From a bacterium (GTDB lineage: Bacteria; AUK180), in assembly GCA_023133295.1 (NCBI GenBank), contig JAGLWT010000116.1, positions 13,218-77,217 of the forward strand: a stretch of 64,000 nt of DNA. Direction: 5' to 3'. The notes below the pieces were generated by a model that did not search any database, was not told the DNA's origin, and was given only the letters and a program-made list of their open reading frames with translations. The position numbers were made by a program, and so were the translations under genes. Of this stretch, positions 37,353 to 46,946 are shown piece by piece; position 1 is the first letter of the stretch; the number at the start of each line of letters is the position of its first letter.

Positions 37353-40253
37353 TCAGAATTCATGCTGAAGATCCGCGATCTCCATATCGCCCGAGGAATT
37401 GCCGGAAGTAAATCTCAGTAATTTGCCGTCACGGATCTTATATCTTACATAACCCACAGAGAGATCGTAGAAGTTAGTACCGGCCTTATCCTTCAGATAA
37501 CTAAAATCCTTCTGGAATTGAGCAAGTTCCTTGCCCTTGTTGAAATAATCAATATGGAAAAGCATGTCCATGGGCAATGCGAGATTCAGCATATCCTTGA
37601 GTTTGTAATTATACAGAAAGCGTGTGGGCATAAGCACCACATCGACCTTATCGAAATACTGCTTGTATGACATCAATTTATCCACTTCCCCCCTGTCCAG
37701 ATCAGCGGCTAATAAAAACTGTTTTCTTGAGATCTCAATACCCTTTTTCTTCAAGATATAATCGGCCTTAAGTACCATATTATCCTGAAAATAATCCTCT
37801 TTGCCGCTGCTTTCCGGGTATATAGCGTATATCTCAAACACATATTCACTGCTTCCCACTTTCTTACTCTCTTTCAGAATATAATCACCTGCCTTTACCA
37901 CTTCATAGGGTATTTTACTGGACAATAGGGTGTTGCTTACCTTTTGACATGTTTCATATCTGCTTTTTACCCAATAAGCCTGGCCTCTTTCAAGTAAATA
38001 CTCATTATCAGTAGATTTCAAGAAGTCTTCATATGTAGATGCGGATGCTTTTTGCACATTTGTGGGAAGATATACCTTTCCCACGGGATATTCTCTTAGT
38101 ATTGTAGTAACCGCCGAATTATTATCCTGAGAGTAATCCGTCAGGATCAGATCGTCTATGCGGTTGATACCGTAAGACATCAAAATGCTCATGACCACAC
38201 GGTCGGCCTCGTCCCATTCCCTTCTGTTATAGAGAGAATGTTTCCCCGCATTTATCAATACATTTCTCCCCGAAGGCGTTTTGATGAAAACGACATTGCC
38301 TTTGGAAAGGGAGAAGAAGGTTATGTCAACTTCATTATCCCTCTTTGTTGGTATCAGCAGAAGTATGGAGCCCAGAAGTACAATGGCGATTATGATCGCG
38401 GGCAGAAACTTAAATATACGCGCCCTCTTGTCGTGTTTCTGTTTGAATACCGTCAATTTATATTTATAGTCAAGCCATTTACTTTTGATATACGGCAGAT
38501 TGATAATGATAAGCAGCGCTATAAAATAGAATATCAGCCCGCCGAAGGTGAACTTCTTCACATATGGATATGGAAAAGTGGTCGAAAAGAAATGCGCGGA
38601 CTGTATGAAGAGCTTCAACAGCAGATAATTAGCGGCATTGATGAACAGTCCCATATAGATACCGACAACGGGTATCAGAGACAGAATTGCCGCGATCATC
38701 CCCAATTGAACATTGATACCGATGAGGGGTATGGCGATATAATTGGCGTACATACCCGCAATTGGATATCTGCCGAAATAATATGCGGAAAGCGGGATCA
38801 TCATTCCCAGCTGTATCGCGAATTGTGCCGATATAAAGGAGATCAGCCAAGGTGGCATCTTCCTGTAGGATGGAGCGGCAAGTTGCTTTTTTTCCTCAAA
38901 TTTATTGGATAAATACAAAAACACCCCGGAAGCGGCAAAAAATCCCCACAGAAATAGTGAATTAAAGAAATAACTCTTGAAGATGATGATCAGCGCGGTG
39001 AAGGAGGCGAAAACAAAGCAAGCCGCCCAAAAGGTATATCCGATCAGATACTTCTTGAAAATATCATCCAGAAACGGCGTGATAAGGACAAGAGACAGCA
39101 CCGCTCCAAACGATAGAGTAAAGGATGCCTCTCTCAATAGAAGCGGGTTCACAAATAATATCATAAGAGCGGCAACGGAAATACCCACCTCGATCGAGGT
39201 TCGCAGACCCTTGCCGGAAAGTACCCAGGCCATCAGCACGGCACTGTTCATTATTACAGCACGGAGAGTGGATGGCCGTCCGCCGGTGATTATCGCGAAG
39301 ATCACTAAAAAGAGTATTGTAATAACGGCATAAACTCTCCTCGGTACGCCTATCAATGAAAAGATCCCCACAAATAATATCATAAGGATCGTAACATGAA
39401 GCCCCGACACTGCCAGTACATGATTCACGCCCGCCCTTTTGAACTCATCCTTTATCTGATATCGGGCATCGGGCAAGAAGATCCCGTCCATGCCGTATCT
39501 CAGCCCCAGAGTAATACCGCCTAAAAATGCCGACTCCGGGTATTTCACCGTTCTTCGAATGGTCTTCAAGAACTTCTGCTTAATACCCAACGAGAAGGCT
39601 ACAAAGGGATTCTTCTTTGTCAGCTCATCAGGGGTGATGCGTGACGCATCCTTGAAATATGCTGTATAATATACTCCGGTGCTTTCCAGAAATTTTCTAT
39701 AATCAAAGCCGCCCGGATTCGTTGCTTTCTGCGGCCTCTTCAAGTCTGTCTCAAAGGTGATATAGTGGCCGTATGAGAGAAACTCCGGGTATTTGCCTTT
39801 CTTGAACGAATAATTAAGAAGGATCTTCCCCTTTTTTACTTCTTTCGAACGGGCGCCGTTGACCGAGATCTTCAGGGGCTTGATATAAACCCGCATCCTG
39901 TTCTCAAAATATTCGGGCTCTCTGTACACATATCCTTCGACCGTTGCGGATACGAGATCTTCTCCACCGGTAACGGTCAGTATATGCCCTTTTCTGTCAA
40001 TATTCAGAGCATTGTGCGTAAAGGCAAGGCCCAGTACAAATGGCAGAAGGTAAAAAGCCATCAGCATAGGTATCTTCTTGATATAACCCCAGCGCTTATA
40101 GCTATAAAAACCCACAGCTACAGCCGCGAGAAGAATCGCGGCAGAGAGGGCAAAAAAGATAAGCGGAGAGGCCAAAGGAAAGACGCCGAAACTGATGAGG
40201 ATGCCGAGGACAAAGAACAATGTAAAGAGATAGAGTTTATTTTCCCAATACAT
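37353..40253 (-). CDS. comEC: ComEC/Rec2-family DNA internalisation channel with N-terminal DUF4131-like region and a degenerate C-terminal metallo-beta-lactamase domain
   Basis: Competence domain signature AGVNHVLAVSGLHVTILMILFVGIF...RPSTLRAVIMNS. The C-terminal MBL-like fold has DDLILTDYSQDNNSAV where canonical ComEC has LVLTHxDxDHxGG, so the HxHxDH metal ligands are missing. Confidence 0.75.
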   Translation of the reverse strand: MYWENKLYLFTLFFVLGILISFGVFPLASPLIFFALSAAILLAAVAVGFYSYKRWGYIKKIPMLMAFYLLPFVLGLAFTHNALNIDRKGHILTVTGGEDLVSATVEGYVYREPEYFENRMRVYIKPLKISVNGARSKEVKKGKILLNYSFKKGKYPEFLSYGHYITFETDLKRPQKATNPGGFDYRKFLESTGVYYTAYFKDASRITPDELTKKNPFVAFSLGIKQKFLKTIRRTVKYPESAFLGGITLGLRYGMDGIFLPDARYQIKDEFKRAGVNHVLAVSGLHVTILMILFVGIFSLIGVPRRVYAVITILFLVIFAIITGGRPSTLRAVIMNSAVLMAWVLSGKGLRTSIEVGISVAALMILFVNPLLLREASFTLSFGAVLSLVLITPFLDDIFKKYLIGYTFWAACFVFASFTALIIIFKSYFFNSLFLWGFFAASGVFLYLSNKFEEKKQLAAPSYRKMPPWLISFISAQFAIQLGMMIPLSAYYFGRYPIAGMYANYIAIPLIGINVQLGMIAAILSLIPVVGIYMGLFINAANYLLLKLFIQSAHFFSTTFPYPYVKKFTFGGLIFYFIALLIIINLPYIKSKWLDYKYKLTVFKQKHDKRARIFKFLPAIIIAIVLLGSILLLIPTKRDNEVDITFFSLSKGNVVFIKTPSGRNVLINAGKHSLYNRREWDEADRVVMSILMSYGINRIDDLILTDYSQDNNSAVTTILREYPVGKVYLPTNVQKASASTYEDFLKSTDNEYLLERGQAYWVKSRYETCQKVSNTLLSSKIPYEVVKAGDYILKESKKVGSSEYVFEIYAIYPESSGKEDYFQDNMVLKADYILKKKGIEISRKQFLLAADLDRGEVDKLMSYKQYFDKVDVVLMPTRFLYNYKLKDMLNLALPMDMLFHIDYFNKGKELAQFQKDFSYLKDKAGTNFYDLSVGYVRYKIRDGKLLRFTSGNSSGDMEIADLQHEF

Positions 40254-40402
40254 TATTTTTCTTCCAAAAACCCGTAATACGATTCATTGGACCTGAGATT
40301 TCCCTCGATCGTATAATTCTTATCAAAGGCCAGAACCAGGATCGCGGCAATCGCAATGATAATTATCCCTATTAAAATAAAGGCCTTCTTTCCTTTTTTC
40401 AT
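40253..40402 (-). CDS. Small single-pass membrane protein (49 aa), not in the supplied ORF track
   Basis: The reverse complement reads MKKGKKAFILIGIIIIAIAAILVLAFDKNYTIEGNLRSNESYYGFLEEK. Its ATG overlaps the stop of the 663-aa gene as TAATG. Its TAA overlaps the ComEC ATG as TAATG. It fills the only gap in the operon exactly. Confidence 0.5.
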   Translation of the reverse strand: MKKGKKAFILIGIIIIAIAAILVLAFDKNYTIEGNLRSNESYYGFLEEK

Positions 40403-42393
40403 TAACTTCTCCAGTCAAGATAGAATTTGAAAGCCCTCTGCGGAACCGTATTATCAGCCCTTGCCGAATTATCCTGAATATAATACCTTCTTTTGTACCC
40501 TATTTTCAGCTTCAGATTCTTCCACCAGAGTTTTCTGCTGTAATCAACCGACCATTCACGGTATTCCTCAGAGGTGGATGAGTCCGACTTCCTGTAGATA
40601 TTATTATCCGTGGATTTAAACGAGAACAGGAAGTTACCCAGGGCGGGTTTCCAATTCGCCTTCAGCTGATAGGATGCATTGGCCTTTCTCTGAGGCAGAG
40701 AATGTTCCATATAGGTATTGAAGCGGTAAATGCCTGTCAGGCGCAATTTCTCGGACAAGTTGTAATTAAAAGTCACATAAGTCCTTGTGCTTTTGTCCGA
40801 TTCGGAATAATCCGTAATATATGAATCATTCAAGTTCCTTGCTACATCATTATCTTTATACCGCTGCGTCACCGCCATATCAACAAGCGGCGTTATCGGA
40901 TATTGAAATTTTATCGAGCCGTCGAAATTGGTCTGAAGAGTTGAATAATACCTCCAGATATCCGCCTTGGGAGTGATCTCCAATTTTCCCAATTTTAAAA
41001 GCGCATCGAATTTAATACCCCTTTCGTTCTGGGCGGAAAGCTCCGCAGGAGATTCATATGTGGCGAATGTATATGAATAGGGATTTTCAAATTCCCTGTG
41101 GAAATCCCTGTAAATAAAATTGATCCGCGCGGTTTTCTTTTTCATGGTCATCTTCAATAAGAAGCCGTGAGCGCCTGATTCCAATTGCCCGAATTCCGCC
41201 TGAATAGCCGACTTTTTAAAAGGAGTCCACCGCATATTCAATCCCCATACCCATGCATCGAACATGCCTTCAGAGTAATTATTCGGCTTGTAGAGGTCAG
41301 AGGCATAGATCTCCTTATTGTGGTAAACGGTCATTCCGATAAAATTGTCCTCTCCGCCGATGCGCATATGCCCGCCGAAAATGGTCTTGTTAACATAATT
41401 CGGAATGGAAAGAGCGATCGTATCTTCGTCAAAATCGCTCTCTGAATACGCCGATTCATCCGCGCTGAAATCGGCCGAACTGACCAGAAGATGTGAATAC
41501 TGATAGAGCTTGTCCTGTATCTGTGACGCGAAGATGAATATCTCCGCCGGTCCCAGCACCGTTCGCATACCGGCACCAAGGAGGTTCAGATTGAAATCGG
41601 AAGTAACATCACTGGAACGGTCGCCCTTGAAGCCGTACAGATTCTTGTTATCGGATTCATTAAAGACCACGCCAAGACCGAAGCCCGCCATATAATTTCC
41701 CGTGATCAATTGGAAGTTCTTTGTATTCCAGTTTATAAATACCTTAGGCAGAGGCCATACCGTTTTCTTCGGGTCAACGATAACTTCGCCCGGCTGAAGG
41801 AAGATCTCGCCGTTTTCATCATAGGTAACAGGCCCGTCATATTCCTCAAAGCTGTATGTGGCGTATCTGCGTTCCTGAAGAATTCCTATATCCAATACCT
41901 TTCCGAGACGGAAGCGGTATTTGAACTGTACATAAGGCGTCTCTTCTGATTTGGTCGTGGAAGAAACCTCGTCCCTGAATTTAAAGTTGAGGTCGGTTTT
42001 CCTTTTCAATACCTTCTTACCCTTGACCTTCTTTATCTTTACCGGGGGAATGATGCGCATAAATCCCTCAACAAAACTGAAGTCTGTACGCCCGAGGATC
42101 CTTTTGAGGGGCTTGTCATCTTTAAATGGCCGGTTCTTGATGATCTCATCAGCGATCTCAAGGGTTACCTTGGGAAGCCGCAGCAGCTCACTCTTAGGAG
42201 CGCTATTGACCTCTATAGGATTTGAGTAAAGTTCCCAAAGCATAATATACTGCTCTTGATCGATATCTCCGGACTCGTACAGATCGGCGATCTCGTCTTC
42301 CGTAGATATGGGTATCGAAAGATCATAATCCTGAGCAAATGCAAAAGAGGCCAAAAACAAAACGATCAGAAATAGTATTCTACCTTTCATCAT
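40402..42393 (-). CDS. Secreted or outer-membrane protein with an N-terminal ComEA-like helix-hairpin-helix motif followed by a large beta-rich (putative beta-barrel) domain
   Basis: Signal peptide MMKGRILFLIVLFLASFAFA. Then IEVNSAPKSELLRLPKVTLEIADEIIKNRPF, a ComEA-type HhH (NxNxA..eLxxLPGIg.xxAxxIixxR). Then about 550 aa of alternating beta-strand-like sequence rich in Tyr/Phe/Asn. Its start overlaps the stop of the upstream gene as ATGA. Confidence 0.5.
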   Translation of the reverse strand: MMKGRILFLIVLFLASFAFAQDYDLSIPISTEDEIADLYESGDIDQEQYIMLWELYSNPIEVNSAPKSELLRLPKVTLEIADEIIKNRPFKDDKPLKRILGRTDFSFVEGFMRIIPPVKIKKVKGKKVLKRKTDLNFKFRDEVSSTTKSEETPYVQFKYRFRLGKVLDIGILQERRYATYSFEEYDGPVTYDENGEIFLQPGEVIVDPKKTVWPLPKVFINWNTKNFQLITGNYMAGFGLGVVFNESDNKNLYGFKGDRSSDVTSDFNLNLLGAGMRTVLGPAEIFIFASQIQDKLYQYSHLLVSSADFSADESAYSESDFDEDTIALSIPNYVNKTIFGGHMRIGGEDNFIGMTVYHNKEIYASDLYKPNNYSEGMFDAWVWGLNMRWTPFKKSAIQAEFGQLESGAHGFLLKMTMKKKTARINFIYRDFHREFENPYSYTFATYESPAELSAQNERGIKFDALLKLGKLEITPKADIWRYYSTLQTNFDGSIKFQYPITPLVDMAVTQRYKDNDVARNLNDSYITDYSESDKSTRTYVTFNYNLSEKLRLTGIYRFNTYMEHSLPQRKANASYQLKANWKPALGNFLFSFKSTDNNIYRKSDSSTSEEYREWSVDYSRKLWWKNLKLKIGYKRRYYIQDNSARADNTVPQRAFKFYLDWRS

Positions 42394-43868
42394 TCACCTC
42401 CCTGGCCATTATCAACAGCGGGATCGTATTCTCCCGCTTTTATCATATTTCTCATATTCTCAAAGGTCTTGGGACCTATTCTGGGAACATTCATAATATC
42501 CTCTATGTTCTTAAATCCGCCGTTTTGCTTCCTGTAGGAAAGAATGTTCGCCGCTGTCTTCACTCCTACGCGCGGAAGTTTCTGCAGCTCCGCACTGTCC
42601 GCGGAGTTGATATCTATTAACGGTCCGCTGTAAGAGGTTTTCGAGGAGGTGGAAGTGGCCGAGGAACTGCGTGACGGCACAATTTGAGTCGATGACTCAT
42701 ATTTACTGCCAACGGTAATATGGGACCGTATTTTTTCAACGGTCTTAACGCCTATTCTAGAGACATTCTGCAGGTCTTCCACTCTTCTGAACGGCCCGTT
42801 CACCTTCCGGTATTCCACTATACGCTCTGCTGTCTTGCTGCCTATGCCCGGGATCGCGGAAAGCTCCTCCGCATTTGCAAGATTAATATTTATCCTGCCG
42901 TTGATCACCGAGAGTTCGGGTTTGGATTCTTTGTTTCCGAGTCCAAAGGCAAAGGTATGTGTGGCGCCCAGCTCCGGATGTACCTTCAAAGCATATGAAA
43001 CTGCCATTCCGCCGCCGTAAATTCCGAGGCCGGCAGAATAGGAAAAACGCTCCGAGTGAAGATATTCAATGCCGCCAAAGAGAGCAAAGTTATCTGTCAT
43101 ATCGTACTTGATACCAAAATGATATTCGGAGTAAAGGTCCCGTTTAGCCGCGAAATTTTCCAGATATGCGTCATAGTCGGCAAAATCACCGACCGCTTCT
43201 TCTATCTCCGCTTCCTCGGCATCGGTATAACTCCCGAGTCCGTAAGTATGTTTCAGAAACGATGCGGGAATATTCGCGATAAGGTTGAAATAGATATTTA
43301 ATTGGGTAAAAGGGGTATATGAAACCCCTATGCCGACATCCCTCGCCATGTATTCCTGGCCGATATACGGTGCTGAAACATTTCTGAATCTTGCTCCGAA
43401 ATAAAGATCGTTATTTACAAAGAGCACCATTCCCATATCCAGGGCAAGTGTGGATGCCGAACCGATCTCGTCGATAACGACACTCATATACTTCCCCTTG
43501 AAACCAAGCGCGAAATTGGAGCCCACATTGAATGCGCCGGCAAATTGTATTTGCTGTTCCGCATACAGCCATGAGCCGAATTTTACAAGGTTCAGGCCCA
43601 TTGTCATCGAGCCGAAGCGCTTGATATAATTTGCTGAGGTGTTTGCCAGTTCATCCATGCCGTATAGCCGGGATGTGGTAAAATTCAAATGGACATTCTC
43701 CAGATAGGCCAGCATGGCGGGATTATTGTATATCGCCTCAGGTCCCATAAGCACCAGATTGGCTCCACCGGTAGCAAGGTTGAGGGGCATATTCCCCTCA
43801 AATTCAAAGGCAGTCCATCCATTGATGGCTAGAATGATCGAGAAAACTACTATTATTATTTTTTTCAT
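42390..43868 (-). CDS. Fusion protein: FadL/PorV-like outer-membrane beta-barrel (NPA motif) plus two C-terminal ComEA-type HhH DNA-binding domains
   Basis: Signal peptide. GGANLVLMGPEAIYNNPAMLAYLEN N-terminal hatch-like motif, paralogous to the proteins at 13832..14782 and 46947..47831. About 320 aa of barrel-like sequence. Then ININLANAEELSAIPGIGSKTAERIVEYRKVNGPFRRVEDLQNVSRIGVKTVEKI and IDINSADSAELQKLPRVGVKTAANILSYRKQNGGFKNIEDIMNVPRIGPKTFENM, two full ComEA HhH domains separated by a Ser-rich linker. Confidence 0.6.
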   Translation of the reverse strand: MKKIIIVVFSIILAINGWTAFEFEGNMPLNLATGGANLVLMGPEAIYNNPAMLAYLENVHLNFTTSRLYGMDELANTSANYIKRFGSMTMGLNLVKFGSWLYAEQQIQFAGAFNVGSNFALGFKGKYMSVVIDEIGSASTLALDMGMVLFVNNDLYFGARFRNVSAPYIGQEYMARDVGIGVSYTPFTQLNIYFNLIANIPASFLKHTYGLGSYTDAEEAEIEEAVGDFADYDAYLENFAAKRDLYSEYHFGIKYDMTDNFALFGGIEYLHSERFSYSAGLGIYGGGMAVSYALKVHPELGATHTFAFGLGNKESKPELSVINGRININLANAEELSAIPGIGSKTAERIVEYRKVNGPFRRVEDLQNVSRIGVKTVEKIRSHITVGSKYESSTQIVPSRSSSATSTSSKTSYSGPLIDINSADSAELQKLPRVGVKTAANILSYRKQNGGFKNIEDIMNVPRIGPKTFENMRNMIKAGEYDPAVDNGQGGE

Positions 43869-43877
43869 GGCAGCCCC

Positions 43878-46800
43878 CTACATCCTTTTCCCAATGGCAA
43901 CGACTTCTTTCTTATAAATAGATTTCGTTTCATTTCTCAATTCGATATATAGAATATACACACCCATTGGCAGCGGCCGGTTGCGATTATCATCGCCGAT
44001 CCATTTCACAGAGAAAGGCCCCGGCGGAAGAACTGTCTTTTCCGATAATGTCTTTACTTCTCTTCCGGCAATGTCATATACACGCAGCGTGAGCACTCCC
44101 TCGGAAACAACATGCAGGGAGATCTCGGTATATAATCTATTCGGATCGCTGCCGTCATTAACAAAGCTCCTCGGGGAGATCTCGATCTGCGTAATATTGC
44201 CGGCGGGTATCTCCGTTTCATCGCAAGGCCTTCCCATCGTGGGGTTTTCCGTGATCGTCCAATCGGCAAGCGTGTTCGTATCCGTAAATTCCGCATCACG
44301 CGTTATAGATGATTCTTCCTCCACATTATTTGATCTGATGGCATTGGTAGCGGCATAGATCCAATCGTAAATATATCCGCTGTCCGGCTGCTCGCCAAGA
44401 GGATAATCGGGATACTTCGCCATATTGGGGAAAAATTTATAGATCTCTCCGTCCCAATGATATGCTCCTAATTTGGGATCGGATGAAAAATATACCTCAT
44501 AGAAATCGCTGTATTCAATATAAGAGATATCTATCAATTCTGAAACGACCCATGTCGACGCGGCGGGAACCACCTGTCCGTCGGCTATAAGATCGCCGTT
44601 CTCGTCAAAGGGGAATATTTGTTCTTCTGAATTTCTTTCAGCCCATACAACGGCATCTTTGATATTTCCGGAAAAATCCCGGAACTCAAGGTTCTCATCC
44701 GTGCTGGAAAGCGAGAGTTTCGAAAGATAGATCGTTAATATTCCGTCACTTCCCGCGGTAAGTTCGCTGTCATTTTCATTTCCTACGGTGATAATGACAA
44801 ATTCACCGGTTTTCAAGGTCGTTCCGGGCTGAATTATCGCAATTACGCTGTCCGTCAGCATGAAACAACCACCGACATCAACACCTGCTCCGGAATTGCC
44901 GTCATCCTTGCAATAAAGCTCTATCCAATCCGGAAATCCTGAGGGTGAGTAAAAATAAACCTCTGAGATCACGATATCCGTTTCGGCGGGCAATGTATCG
45001 ATCGGATGGCCGTAACCCGGCGTAACGACCAGGGTATTCTTCCAGTCAACTTTATCATTGGTATCCGTATTGTAATAATCTCTGACAATAGAGCCCTTTG
45101 AAAAATCCGATGAAACACAGTCGATCTCTTCGCCGTCAACGGGAGAGCCGTAGCCTATGTTCCATTGGCCGACAGCAAAAGCTTCCTCAAAGTCATCATC
45201 GGACAGGGAGCCGCCCTGATCCGCCCAGCAGACAAGGTCTATCAATTCGCCATTCGGCGTAAATATGCCCATTTGCTCGTCCGAATCGGTTATCCCCGTA
45301 TCGGCGGTCGTCACAAAATACGATGCCTTGGTCAGGGGAAGTTTCCAGTCATCCGCATTATCATATATCAATAATCCGTAATCTCCTGTGCGGAAGATAC
45401 CGGATGAAAGTTTTTTATCGGCTTTTTCGTTCAGGTCCGTAATGGAGGCGCGGGTGCCGTAAGTGGATATCGAATCAAGATCATCAAGATAAAATCCTTT
45501 AAGGTCGATACCGTTTCCATTATTACCGTCATCGATCATGTAAAACTCCACAAAATCCTCGCCATATGTCCCGATAGAATCTACTTCGGTAATTAGGATC
45601 ACAGGGTCCTTTACCGTTATGGACTCTAAATAGTCCGAAACAGAATTTCCGGTGTCCGAGATCGCATTTGCTTTTTGATCCGCTCCCGTGACCCAGAAAC
45701 CTATGATCGAGAGATTGGGTATATCCACGGTAGAACCCTTGGTAAGGTCAGCTCCGCCTTTATAAACCAGGGTATTTCCCCATATAATGCCGTCTTCGCT
45801 GCCGTCAGCGCCGGAGCTGTAGGCGAGTGTTACCGTGCCGGAATCTACGAATACTCCAGTAGAGGTCTTGATCTCATACCATAAACTCAAGGTAGATGTA
45901 TCTTCAATACCGCCCTCTTCTGAAAGTATCAGCTCAAACGATGTGGCTGAAAGAGAAACACGGGGGAAATCTCCCGAAGGAGACATGGAAACAGGAGAGG
46001 GGCCCGTAATATCTATCGGCAAGACCGTAAGGTCCGCGGAAACAATACCATCCACTCCTGTATTTTCCGGTGTTATTTCAATAACTCCCGAAGACAGGCA
46101 TCCGCCGAAATCAACCGTACCCTCACCATTGATCAAGGTCAGCGCGATCGTGTCAGTGCCTCCCGAAAAATGTCCGGTTCCGGCAGGAGAAGCGGATATC
46201 GTAATATCTAGTGTCGGAGACGAGGTATAGACGGAGTAGTTCTCATCAAGAAGCTTAACCGTGACCGTCGTGGTCTCCGGCGTACCCCCGGTAACTTCGA
46301 TCCTTGTGGGGTATACAAAAGCACGGAGATTGATCGAGGACTCGGTAGGCCCGACCGAATTGGGGTGGCGCGGCGTGCCGTAGATAGGGTTGCCCAGATA
46401 ATCGGTGCCGTATATGGTAATAAGATCATTATCCGCCCAATTGGAAGAATCGTTGCCGTCCTTTCCGAGAATGATCTTTTCCATGGAAACGCCGCCCGAC
46501 TGGCCGGCGAACCATCCATCTGAGCAGTCGACTTGATCAATGAGATTAGCGGAGTTATCATACAGGCGGAGGTTTTCTCCGTCATTTGAAAGTTTGCTGT
46601 AGCCAAGGTCTTCAGAATCGCTTTCGATATCGGCGATCGCCTGTTTTACCGGCTCGGTACTGCTTCTGTATTCTATCAGATAATATGCTCCCGATCTGAT
46701 CGTGGTTGTGTTAGCAGTGGTAAGGTCAACAATTATTCCACCGCTATCCCAAATATACCATCCGGTAAGATCGATATCGGAACCCGTGGGATTGTAAAGC

Positions 46801-46940
46801 TCGATCCATTCGTACCCGCTCTGGGCAATGGTCCCGCTCCATGAAAGCTCTGAAATAACAACATCACCGCTTGAAGCGGAATGTATCGCAAGGGGCAGTA
46901 TCGAAAGGATGATCAACAATGCTAATATTTTTTTCATCAT
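43878..46940 (-). CDS. Large secreted multi-domain protein (1020 aa) with at least three lamin-tail-domain (LTD) repeats and a T9SS C-terminal sorting domain
   Basis: Signal peptide. LTD signatures: GDVVISELSWSG...GYEWIELYNPTGSDIDLTGWYIWD; PVILITEVDSIGTYGEDFVEFYMIDDGNNGNGIDLKGFYLDD; DIVISEVYFYSPSGFPDWIELYCKDDGNSGAGVDVGGCFML. C-terminus LTLRVYDIAGREVKTL...GVYILYIEL...KKEVVAIGKRM matches a Por_Secre_tail. Confidence 0.65.
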   Translation of the reverse strand: MMKKILALLIILSILPLAIHSASSGDVVISELSWSGTIAQSGYEWIELYNPTGSDIDLTGWYIWDSGGIIVDLTTANTTTIRSGAYYLIEYRSSTEPVKQAIADIESDSEDLGYSKLSNDGENLRLYDNSANLIDQVDCSDGWFAGQSGGVSMEKIILGKDGNDSSNWADNDLITIYGTDYLGNPIYGTPRHPNSVGPTESSINLRAFVYPTRIEVTGGTPETTTVTVKLLDENYSVYTSSPTLDITISASPAGTGHFSGGTDTIALTLINGEGTVDFGGCLSSGVIEITPENTGVDGIVSADLTVLPIDITGPSPVSMSPSGDFPRVSLSATSFELILSEEGGIEDTSTLSLWYEIKTSTGVFVDSGTVTLAYSSGADGSEDGIIWGNTLVYKGGADLTKGSTVDIPNLSIIGFWVTGADQKANAISDTGNSVSDYLESITVKDPVILITEVDSIGTYGEDFVEFYMIDDGNNGNGIDLKGFYLDDLDSISTYGTRASITDLNEKADKKLSSGIFRTGDYGLLIYDNADDWKLPLTKASYFVTTADTGITDSDEQMGIFTPNGELIDLVCWADQGGSLSDDDFEEAFAVGQWNIGYGSPVDGEEIDCVSSDFSKGSIVRDYYNTDTNDKVDWKNTLVVTPGYGHPIDTLPAETDIVISEVYFYSPSGFPDWIELYCKDDGNSGAGVDVGGCFMLTDSVIAIIQPGTTLKTGEFVIITVGNENDSELTAGSDGILTIYLSKLSLSSTDENLEFRDFSGNIKDAVVWAERNSEEQIFPFDENGDLIADGQVVPAASTWVVSELIDISYIEYSDFYEVYFSSDPKLGAYHWDGEIYKFFPNMAKYPDYPLGEQPDSGYIYDWIYAATNAIRSNNVEEESSITRDAEFTDTNTLADWTITENPTMGRPCDETEIPAGNITQIEISPRSFVNDGSDPNRLYTEISLHVVSEGVLTLRVYDIAGREVKTLSEKTVLPPGPFSVKWIGDDNRNRPLPMGVYILYIELRNETKSIYKKEVVAIGKRM

Positions 46941-46946
46941 ATACTC

